Source: Dehalococcoidia bacterium
Lineage (GTDB): Bacteria > Chloroflexota > Dehalococcoidia > Lucifugimonadales > UBA3495
Assembly (NCBI GenBank): GCA_965263395.1
Contig: OZ253670.1
Location: 1,865,826 to 1,929,825 of the forward strand
DNA: 64,000 nucleotides
Direction of reading: 5' to 3'
Part shown: positions 44,845 through 52,221 of the stretch, in pieces
Layout of the letters: the number at the start of each line of letters is the position of its first letter
How positions within the stretch are numbered: position 1 is the stretch's first letter
Notes under the pieces: model-generated
Databases searched by the model: none
The model's input: the letters and a program-made list of their open reading frames with translations, nothing else
What the model was told of the DNA's origin: nothing
Program-made: the position numbers and the translations under genes

Positions 44845-46050
44845 GTGCCGAGCCAGCCGGAAACCACCGCCATCCCCACCTCAAGCCTGCACCCGGACCC
44901 CCTGAACCCCAGGCTCTGGGAATACCCACCCAGGAATCCCCAGGAACCCATAATCGAGCGGCTCTGGAGCAATCCCAGGGTCACCCAAATAGCCCAGTCC
45001 ATCCTGGACCACACCTACCTGGGACCACCCGCCATGCTCACAATCCAGGAAGACAGCCGGACCATCGTGGTCGACGGCAACTGCCAACTCGCCGCCCTCC
45101 AGGCCTGCCACGACCCCCAGCTGTTCGAGAAGATCAGGGACCACTCCGCCGCCACCAAGAAGGCCGCCTCCCTGACCGGAGACCCACCGGTGGAAACCGT
45201 CCCGATGCCATCCAGAGAAGAGGCAATGCGGGTCAGGATAAAAAGGCAGGCCAACACCACCGGGATGTGGAGCCGGATGGCCCAGGCCCACCACTTCCGC
45301 CAACTGCTCCAAGACGGCTGGACCAGGGAACGCATCCAGGACCTGTACGGCTACCACAACCACTCCAGGGAGAGCGGCCGCCGGATACTCAGGATGGTCA
45401 ACGGGCTGAACCTCATGGAGCAGATCAGCCAGGCATCCCCAGCCCCCTGGAACCGGAACTGGCATTACAGCAGGCTCACCGATGCCGTCAACAGACCCAG
45501 TATCCAGGGATTCCTGGGACTGGGAGAACCCGACGAATACGGCCCCAATGAGCCGCCCCTCAGAAATGGCAAGGTCCAGGAGGGCCTGAACCTCATGACC
45601 ATCCTGAACGGCAGCCCGCCCAACTCAGGAGAGTTCCAGCAAGCCATGGTCTCAAGCGATGAGGACCTCCGGCTTCTCGAAGAGATCTGCCAGAAACCCC
45701 AGAACACCCGGCTCCTCCAGGACCGGAGATTCCTGAGCCTCCGGGAAATCCACCGGACTACCAACAACAGGAACAGCGCCAGGTCCATAGAGTCCAGCGT
45801 TCAGCACATCCACGAGCTCGCATCCCGGATACTCCGGGAGTTGAAGGACATGCCCGAAGGGCCTGTGGATACTCCCGGCGACATCTGCATCGCCAACACC
45901 ACCTGCGAGATCCACCAAGATGGCTCCACCCAGTACCGGGTCCGGGTCATGAGCGCCAACCCGCTCCGGGACGGCCCAGCTCTGGCCCTGCTCCAGAAGG
46001 AGTTGCGTAAGTACGACCGGCGGACCGTCGTGGTGCAGTTCATCCAGTAG
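44845..46050 (+). CDS. ParB/Srx N-terminal-domain-like protein
   Basis: The sequence reads IPTSSLHPDPLNPR...TIVVDGNCQLAAL, a ParB-like box with the Arg pair replaced. GTG start. Confidence 0.6.
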   Translation: MPSQPETTAIPTSSLHPDPLNPRLWEYPPRNPQEPIIERLWSNPRVTQIAQSILDHTYLGPPAMLTIQEDSRTIVVDGNCQLAALQACHDPQLFEKIRDHSAATKKAASLTGDPPVETVPMPSREEAMRVRIKRQANTTGMWSRMAQAHHFRQLLQDGWTRERIQDLYGYHNHSRESGRRILRMVNGLNLMEQISQASPAPWNRNWHYSRLTDAVNRPSIQGFLGLGEPDEYGPNEPPLRNGKVQEGLNLMTILNGSPPNSGEFQQAMVSSDEDLRLLEEICQKPQNTRLLQDRRFLSLREIHRTTNNRNSARSIESSVQHIHELASRILRELKDMPEGPVDTPGDICIANTTCEIHQDGSTQYRVRVMSANPLRDGPALALLQKELRKYDRRTVVVQFIQ

Positions 46051-46162
46051 ATGCCGTTCCCTCTCCCTCTCCTCGCCCAGAAGGATAGGAGAGGAGTGGT
46101 TCCACCAAGGACCACGGCCCCGGCCAGCACCGCAGAGCAGTGCAACAGAAGGAGTGAACGGC

Positions 46163-47023
46163 ATGAGCACAGCACCCATCAGGTTCCTGGTAGCAGGAAC
46201 CGCCATAACGGAAAGTATCGTCCACCACCCCCAGGGCGGGTCACGGACCAGACTGGGAGGAGTCGCGGCCACCATGGCGATAGCCCTCGCCCAAGCTGCA
46301 CCACCCCACACCGTACAGCAGCAGCACAGCGTAACTCTCATCACCCAGGCCGGCGCCGACGAGGCCGGAGAGCAGACCCGAAGACTCCTGGCCCGGGAGC
46401 AAATGGAGACCATCATGCTGGACGGACCCAACCCCAGCGGAGAAGCCATCATCGAAACCATGAGGGGAGAGCAGAGCCGGGCCCGGGGGAAATGGCCCCA
46501 CCCCAGCCGGGTGGCCCAGCATGCCGCCCAGCTGGCGCCCGAGTTCGACTGCACCATCATCGACTGCACCCTGAGCCCAAAGGACATCAGGTAAGTGGCA
46601 GAAGCCTGCCGGCCCAACCTCTGCACCAACGGCACCACCACCAAGACCGCCCGGAAGATCCTGAGCATCGGGAAAATCCCCAAGATGCTCTGCACCATGA
46701 ACCGGAACGAGGCACGGAGCCTCATGCAGGAAATCGGGTGCCGGGAGGAAAACGGCCTCCCCGGGAAGCTGAACGCCCAGCACGTCCTCGTCACCCACGG
46801 GGCACAGGGGTTCTGCATCCACAACCGGGACGGCATGACTGCCAAATACCCAGCCGTCCCGGTGCCGGAATACACCGACTTCATCGGATGCGGGGACTAC
46901 GCCACCGCCGGCGCCATCCTGGCCCTGATGACCGGACTGGACCCCGGCAAAACCATCCAGGAGTTAATTGGGCGGAAGCTGGAGCTCAACATCGTTCCGC
47001 CCAATCCCCGGAAACTGACATAG
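46163..47023 (+). pseudogene. PfkB-family sugar/nucleoside kinase interrupted by one in-frame TAA (46592-46594)
   Basis: The N-part reads IRFLVAGTAITESIV...LGGVAATMAIALAQ. The C-part reads VLVTHGAQG...DFIGCGDYATAGAILALMTG (a GAGD-like motif). Track ORFs 46154..46594 and 46595..47023 are contiguous and in the same frame. GAAGGAG lies 8 nt before ATG 46163. Confidence 0.7.
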
Positions 47024-47066
47024 ACACCCGGAAACTCACGCCGCTCCCCCAAACAGGAAGAAGAGA

Positions 47067-47234
47067 ATGGACCAGCAACAGCCCAACGCCGGCAACAACA
47101 TCCAAGAAACATTCCGCCGGATGGGAGAACAATCAGGAGCAATAACCATGTCGAAAGTGGAGGAGAAACTCCACCAGGCAATGCGGGAAGAACCGGGCAG
47201 AAGCAGCCCGCCGGACCCAAACCGGGAAGGCTGA
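47067..47234 (+). CDS. possible 55-aa peptide
   Basis: Weak RBS. It is followed by the 12-nt repeat gctgacaggaac x2 at 47230-47253. Confidence 0.25.
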   Translation: MDQQQPNAGNNIQETFRRMGEQSGAITMSKVEEKLHQAMREEPGRSSPPDPNREG

Positions 47235-47287
47235 CAGGAACGCTGACAGGAACGCTGAGCTGCCCCAACCACCGGAGGACGTCAGCT

Positions 47288-47980
47288 TCACCCCTTGATC
47301 TTCGGCAGGAAGGGCGCTATCCGATCCGCCAGCGTAACCAGGTTCCTGGTCTGGATCCAGACATGGCCGCTCCCCCGGAACTTCATCACCAACCCCTCTC
47401 CACCAGCCACGATCGACCGGAGACCCCCCACCTTGCCAATGCTGTAATCAACTCCCCCCGTGAACGCCACCAGGTGACCGGTGTCCACCACCAGCTCCTC
47501 CCCCGGCTGAACATCAAGCTCACGGATGCCCCCATAGGAGTTGTAGAAGACACTCCCGACACCACTCCGGTCCTCCAGCGTCACCCGGAGAAAGAAGATG
47601 CTCTCCCCACTGAACAGGCCCCGGAACCCCTGGAACTTGGAGTCCACCGAGACCCCGGAAGTGCAGGCCAGAAACGACCCGCCCTGCAGGAAGAATTCCT
47701 CACCCGGGACCAGCGCACGTTCCATGACGCCGCCGGGCGCCGGCGGGGCCAGCATTACCCAGCCACCCCGGCCAACACCGGTGAACTCGTTCATGAAGAA
47801 ACTCTCACCACCCAAAGACCGCTTCACCGCACCGAAAATGCCGCCGCCGCCACCCTTGGTCGCCATCTCCACCCCCGCCTGGGCCACCATCGCCCCAGGC
47901 TCGGCCCGGACCATCTCCCCCCGCTCCAACTCCACCGTCAGGACCGCATAGGCCACATCCCGGTCAATATCCGTATTCAT
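47288..47980 (-). CDS. AIM24/TIGR00266 (DUF124) family protein
   Basis: The sequence reads MNTDIDRDVAYAVLTVELERGEMVRAEPGAMV...GESFFMNEF...GHVWIQTRN. ATG 47980 is preferred over the track start at 48112. Confidence 0.8.
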   Translation of the reverse strand: MNTDIDRDVAYAVLTVELERGEMVRAEPGAMVAQAGVEMATKGGGGGIFGAVKRSLGGESFFMNEFTGVGRGGWVMLAPPAPGGVMERALVPGEEFFLQGGSFLACTSGVSVDSKFQGFRGLFSGESIFFLRVTLEDRSGVGSVFYNSYGGIRELDVQPGEELVVDTGHLVAFTGGVDYSIGKVGGLRSIVAGGEGLVMKFRGSGHVWIQTRNLVTLADRIAPFLPKIKG

Positions 47981-48018
47981 CTGGAAACTCCTCTCTGCCG
48001 CAGCACCAACGCTGCTCC

Positions 48019-48402
48019 TTAAAACAGGCTGGGGCGATTGTGGACATAATCCACACAACCCCGCTTTGAACGTGAGACCCCCAGCACAGCATAAACCCGG
48101 CCAGAACCCCACCGGGATGCCGAATCATCCGGAGGCAAGAGATCCGGCGGCGCTGGAGGCGCAGGCGGAACCGGGACCGAATCCACAGGGGCGCTACCCT
48201 CCTCCAAAACCCCGTCCGAGCCATCCGGAGCAACCTCATCCACAACCTCCGGCACCTCAACAACCAGGGGCACACCGTAATCGCCGAACTCCACCAGGAG
48301 AATCACCCGGGTCAGCCCCGACGGGTCATCCTGCTCAATCACCGAACGGACCTGAACCAGCTGGAAATCATCCACCCCCACCAAGATCAAGAGGCCCCTC
48401 AC
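48019..48402 (-). CDS. ORF that probably is the frameshifted C-terminal part of the upstream lipoprotein gene
   Basis: It overlaps 48368..49216 by 35 nt in another frame around a C5/G5 run at 48375-48379. The protein-like segment VDDFQLVQVRSVIEQDDPSGLTRVILLVEFGDYG is present. Confidence 0.35.
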   Translation of the reverse strand: MRGLLILVGVDDFQLVQVRSVIEQDDPSGLTRVILLVEFGDYGVPLVVEVPEVVDEVAPDGSDGVLEEGSAPVDSVPVPPAPPAPPDLLPPDDSASRWGSGRVYAVLGVSRSKRGCVDYVHNRPSLF

Positions 48403-49216
48403 CCAGATCCAACAGGTCGGGGCGAGCCACTATCCGGTGGGCCAGACCCCCGGGAAGCTGGTCAATCCCCTCATGCTCCAAATCCTGCAAGAACTCATCC
48501 TCCAGGAGAAGATCAGGCCCAAAGACAGCCTCATACAGGCCGTCTTCCACATCATCCCCACGGCCCCAAAGGCCTGTCAGAGGGTCCCGGATATAGAGAT
48601 CAGTCCCAATCTGAATGATCTCTATCTCCATGCTGAAACCACCGAATCCCACCGTCATCAAGGCACGCTGACGATCCGGAGCCACCACCTCGCCCTCCAC
48701 ACCAACGATGCCAGCATCAACGATATCAGCATCACCGAACTCGGCCCCAAGTCCATCCGCGGTGATGGTCATCACATAGCGGTAGGAACCCGCATCTTCC
48801 ATCCCCAAAAACGCATCACCCAGGATGGCCCGGGCATCCCAGCCGCCTGGAGGAGGCTCGGGAACCTGATCATCAGGAACCTGATCATCAGGGTCATCCG
48901 GCGACAGGGTGGCTGAAAGCGCCGGAACAACAGCCGGCTCGGGATCCAGAGCCAGCACCAGAGTGGGCGAAGGCGCCGGTGATGGGACAGGTCCCATCAC
49001 CTCAACCGGATCACCGGAGGAAAACACGGTCACGGGTTCACCCAACTCCCCAGGGGTCTGGGATGGAAATTCTGAAGAAGGCTCAGCCGGGGACATGGGA
49101 ACTCCAGCCCCAGGAGATTCAGGACTCTCCCCGATATCACCAGTCAAAACCTCCGGACTGCTGCTGCAGGCAGCAAGCAGAAAAAGCATGGGAACCAGCA
49201 GGACAAAAAACCTCAT
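48368..49216 (-). CDS. lipoprotein (signal peptide with LLAAC lipobox), Pro/Glu/Ser-rich linker
   Basis: The N-terminus is MRFFVLLVPMLFLLAACSSS. A 15-nt in-frame duplication at 48861-48890 gives PDDQVPDDQV. Confidence 0.65.
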   Translation of the reverse strand: MRFFVLLVPMLFLLAACSSSPEVLTGDIGESPESPGAGVPMSPAEPSSEFPSQTPGELGEPVTVFSSGDPVEVMGPVPSPAPSPTLVLALDPEPAVVPALSATLSPDDPDDQVPDDQVPEPPPGGWDARAILGDAFLGMEDAGSYRYVMTITADGLGAEFGDADIVDAGIVGVEGEVVAPDRQRALMTVGFGGFSMEIEIIQIGTDLYIRDPLTGLWGRGDDVEDGLYEAVFGPDLLLEDEFLQDLEHEGIDQLPGGLAHRIVARPDLLDLGEGPLDLGGGG

Positions 49217-49303
49217 GACAAGAAAACTCCAGTGAAAACTTGCAGCCCGAGGCCGAGCTCAGCAACTCAACCGCAGTTGAGCAAAAGGGTACAGGGAAGA
49301 GAT

Positions 49304-49387
49304 GGCTCAGGGGTTTGGCCGCTGCGCCTCTGAACCAACGCAGCGGCCAAACCCCTGAGCCCAGGCGGTTGAGCTCAACCGCCTGGG
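49304..49387. promoter_or_regulatory. 23-bp perfect-stem hairpin abutting a 28-nt perfect palindrome in the divergent intergenic region
   Basis: ggctcaggggtttggccgctgcg (49304-49326) pairs with cgcagcggccaaacccctgagcc (49339-49361). The palindrome cccaggcggttgagctcaaccgcctggg is at 49360-49387. The CTCAACCGC motif occurs 3 times. Confidence 0.6.
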
Positions 49388-49556
49388 CCCGGGCGCCAGA
49401 TCCCGAAGGGCAAGATCCCGAACTGCCAGGAAAATCTGGAGCTGCTCGACAAGCTGGCCATAACGAGCTCTTGAGAGCTTGAGAACCACAGAACCCAGGG
49501 AAACCCTCGGGATACACCACCGGAAAACAAGAACCGGAAAAAGGAGAAAGGCGAAA

Positions 49557-50252
49557 ATGGCAGATGAAACCAGGGAAAGGGCGATGACCGACCACCTGCT
49601 GGAGCTGAGAGCCCAGCAGAAGACGGCCCATGAATTCGCAGAGTACTTCAACACCCAGGTCATGAACTGGGAGAACTCAATGATCCAGCTCGGGGTCCCC
49701 ATTCAGTCCGCCAACAAAGGGGGACAGCCCGCAGCCCGAAGGGCAGAGGATGAAGCGGTCCTGGAAACGGCCGGAGCAGAACCCGCCCAGCAGGAGCTGC
49801 AGCAGGAACCGGAAAAGGATCGGAAACCGGAAACGGCCAGCCCCGTATCCGGACACCGGCTGGGTGAACTCCGGAAGATGCCCGATGACAGCATGACCCA
49901 GAACGAGAAGCGGGAACAGGACCTCCTGGAACAGCTCGTGGCCTGCCCGAACCAGAAGAGCATGATGCGAGCCATCGCGACCAGGACGGGCGCCAAGAAC
50001 CAGGACAGCTACCGGATCGAGATCAGCAGCGCGGCCATCCATATCGTCGGAGCAGGCCGGAGCAGGATGGAAGCCAGGAACCTGGGAAACCACCTCAGGT
50101 ACACCATCATGAACGACGATGCAGAACACTGGACCGTGGACAAAAACAAGAACGATGCCCAGTTCTTCCCGGACGGCAAAGACCGGGAGGGGGAGCTGGA
50201 GAACAGCAACCCCCGCCCCCAGAACGGCGCCAACACGATGCTGCCCCTGTAG
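49557..50252 (+). CDS. unknown-function protein, paralog of 60141..60923
   Basis: AAAGGAGAAAGG lies upstream of ATG 49557 (track start is TTG 49479). The conserved C-terminus reads ACPNQKSMMRAIATRTG...YRIEISSAAIHIVGAG...ARNLGNHLRY...KNKNDAQFFP. Confidence 0.6.
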   Translation: MADETRERAMTDHLLELRAQQKTAHEFAEYFNTQVMNWENSMIQLGVPIQSANKGGQPAARRAEDEAVLETAGAEPAQQELQQEPEKDRKPETASPVSGHRLGELRKMPDDSMTQNEKREQDLLEQLVACPNQKSMMRAIATRTGAKNQDSYRIEISSAAIHIVGAGRSRMEARNLGNHLRYTIMNDDAEHWTVDKNKNDAQFFPDGKDREGELENSNPRPQNGANTMLPL

Positions 50253-50421
50253 CAGCAGGACACGCAACCAGGTTGCGCAAACACCATGCCCAAAGGGAGG
50301 CTGACCCCAAATCCAATCCGGAATTGCACAGCGGGGCCGGGGACAAGGGGAAAGCGGACCAGGCCAGCCTCCCCTCAGAATTAGCAGGGATCAAAACAGC
50401 AACTGAAGGAGACGGCCCCCC

Positions 50422-50886
50422 ATGGAGAACATCCAGAACCCCAGAGACAACGCCCCCGACCGGGAACTCTTCCTGACATCCCAGGGAGAGGAAAAGTACG
50501 GGATCTCCTACGTCGCATCCCCCTACTGGCACCCGTCGGAGCCGGTCCTTCAGGCCCGGGTAACAGCCGCCCGGATCGCAACCGGGGAGATGGTACGGCA
50601 GGGGGTCCCCGCATTCTCCCCAGTCTCCTACACCCACACCATCCTGGAAGAAACCGGGGCCAGACCCCCACAGGGCTGGTACGGGTTCGACCTCCACTTC
50701 CTCCAGCACGCCCGGGAGATGATCATTCTAAAACTCCCCGGCTGGGAGGAGAGCCGGGGAATCATGATCGAGAAGGCCTTCGCCCACGGCCGGGGAATTC
50801 CCGTCTCCCACTCGGAGATGGAGGACATTGCGCCAATGCTGGATGAAGCCACCATAGCAGCCCTCCACCCAGATCAGGAAGAATGA
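50422..50886 (+). CDS. DUF1937-like protein (nucleoside deoxyribosyltransferase-like fold, tentative)
   Basis: The sequence reads ISYVASPYWH...FSPVSYTH...LLKLPGWEESRGIMIEKAFAHGRGIPV. Confidence 0.6.
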   Translation: MENIQNPRDNAPDRELFLTSQGEEKYGISYVASPYWHPSEPVLQARVTAARIATGEMVRQGVPAFSPVSYTHTILEETGARPPQGWYGFDLHFLQHAREMIILKLPGWEESRGIMIEKAFAHGRGIPVSHSEMEDIAPMLDEATIAALHPDQEE

Positions 50887-50981
50887 GGAAATGTCGTGGC
50901 TCAGGGCCCTGACCGAATCCCTCCAGGACCGGACATCAGACCTCAGATCTCAGGGAAAGAGTCCGGGACCGCAACCAAGAG

Positions 50982-51284
50982 ATGCGGGAACGAGCACAGG
51001 ACCGGACCACCCGGCGCCAGAAGCAAGAGAGGAGAATCACGAAGACCCCGGGCACAGTCCTGTTCAACACCGCCATCTGCATCGGAATCCTGTACCTCTT
51101 CGGGCTCAATACCGGTCTGGCCCTCATCCGGGACGCAGGCCAGACCGGGAACGCCCTCCAGTCATGGATCGGGCTCGGGATGATCGCATGCCCCCTGCCC
51201 ATATTCATTGGAACAGCCCTGCTCGCTCTGAAGCTCAAACCCAACGCCGGCCTGCCAGGAAGAACAACCGGAGGAACGACATGA
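50982..51284 (+). CDS. membrane protein (the gene probably begins at ATG 50891 and is frameshifted)
   Basis: The TM helices are VLFNTAICIGILYLFGL and IGLGMIACPLPIFIGTALLAL. See the finding on the 7-nt repeat at 50936-50956. Confidence 0.5.
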   Translation: MRERAQDRTTRRQKQERRITKTPGTVLFNTAICIGILYLFGLNTGLALIRDAGQTGNALQSWIGLGMIACPLPIFIGTALLALKLKPNAGLPGRTTGGTT

Positions 51285-51934
51285 CCCACTACCAAACCCT
51301 GGGACTGGACCCCACCGCCAGCCCCGCCGAGATCGCCCTCGCCTACCAGGACCGGGCCGGCCGGATGACCCCCGAAATCCAGCGCGCCTTCCAGATCCTC
51401 TCCAGCCCCAAACTCAGGGATGAGTATGACCACGCCCTGAAACAGCCGGGCCGGACCCAAGGGTACCGCCCCATCAGACGGATGGCCCACAAGGACTGGA
51501 AGAAGTGGCGCACAGGCGAACTCATCAGCTCACTCGCGGTCCTCAAACCGCTTGCAGCCATCATCTCCATGGCCATCCTCATCCTTACCCCCGCCTACCT
51601 CTCCGGCTCCATGGCCTTCCAACTCCGGGACGCCGGCAACGAGGCACTCCTGCAGGGAGACCTGTACACCGCCCTCCAGAAGCACGAGCGGGCCGCGGCC
51701 ATCAACCACCTGGACCCCGGCTACCGGAGCGACCTCGCCCGCACCTACCTGGCCCTGAACCGGCACGCCGACGCCATCACCCAGTACACCCAGGCCCTGG
51801 AGATGGACCCCGAACACCCCCCATCCCTCACGGGACGCGCTCAGGTATGGGAGGCCATCGGAAATAAAGACATGGCCGAGCAGGATATACAGGCCGCGGC
51901 ACGGCTGGGCATCACCATGGAGGAAAACAAATGA
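51281..51934 (+). CDS. degenerate J-like domain, TM segment and TPR repeats
   Basis: HYQTLGLDPTASPAEIALAYQDRA has no HPD motif. The TM segment is LAAIISMAILILTPAYL. TPR-like segments follow (YTALQKHERAAAINHLDP...). ATGA overlap at 51281. Confidence 0.6.
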   Translation: MTHYQTLGLDPTASPAEIALAYQDRAGRMTPEIQRAFQILSSPKLRDEYDHALKQPGRTQGYRPIRRMAHKDWKKWRTGELISSLAVLKPLAAIISMAILILTPAYLSGSMAFQLRDAGNEALLQGDLYTALQKHERAAAINHLDPGYRSDLARTYLALNRHADAITQYTQALEMDPEHPPSLTGRAQVWEAIGNKDMAEQDIQAAARLGITMEENK

Positions 51935-52221
51935 CCGGCCACCAGCGCCTCACGGAGCGCCTCATGAAGGCCATCCGGGAACGCGGCCTGGAACACGAGG
52001 TCCAGGACCTCACCCCAGAGGAGATCGGACAGAAGTTCCTCCTCAGGAACCAGTGGCGCTGCGCCAGTTGCGGCACCGCCATAGAAGACCCGGGACTCCC
52101 CGCCCCAAACCGGCGCCCCGAGTGCGGAAGACGGCAGATGGAGATCAGAGAGACCCTGTCCATCAGGGTCCAAGCCCTCAGCTTCACCCAGGTCATGGAA
52201 CAGTGGCTGGATCCCAGATGA
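51931..52221 (+). CDS. small protein with CxxC...C zinc-ribbon-like motif
   Basis: ATGA overlap at 51931. Confidence 0.5.
   Translation: MTGHQRLTERLMKAIRERGLEHEVQDLTPEEIGQKFLLRNQWRCASCGTAIEDPGLPAPNRRPECGRRQMEIRETLSIRVQALSFTQVMEQWLDPR

Noticed and set aside
46586-46600. atcag|gtaagtg at the kinase stop looks like a eukaryotic 5' splice site
   Set aside because: Everything else is bacterial (Shine-Dalgarno sites, overlapping genes, bacterial-type DnaN, LigA and HflKC). The downstream sequence continues the kinase in frame immediately, so there is no intron.
49900-50170. Diversity-generating retroelement (template/variable repeat) relationship between the paralogs at 49557 and 60141
   Set aside because: Nucleotide differences between the copies are of all types, not adenine-specific, and no reverse transcriptase is present in the window.
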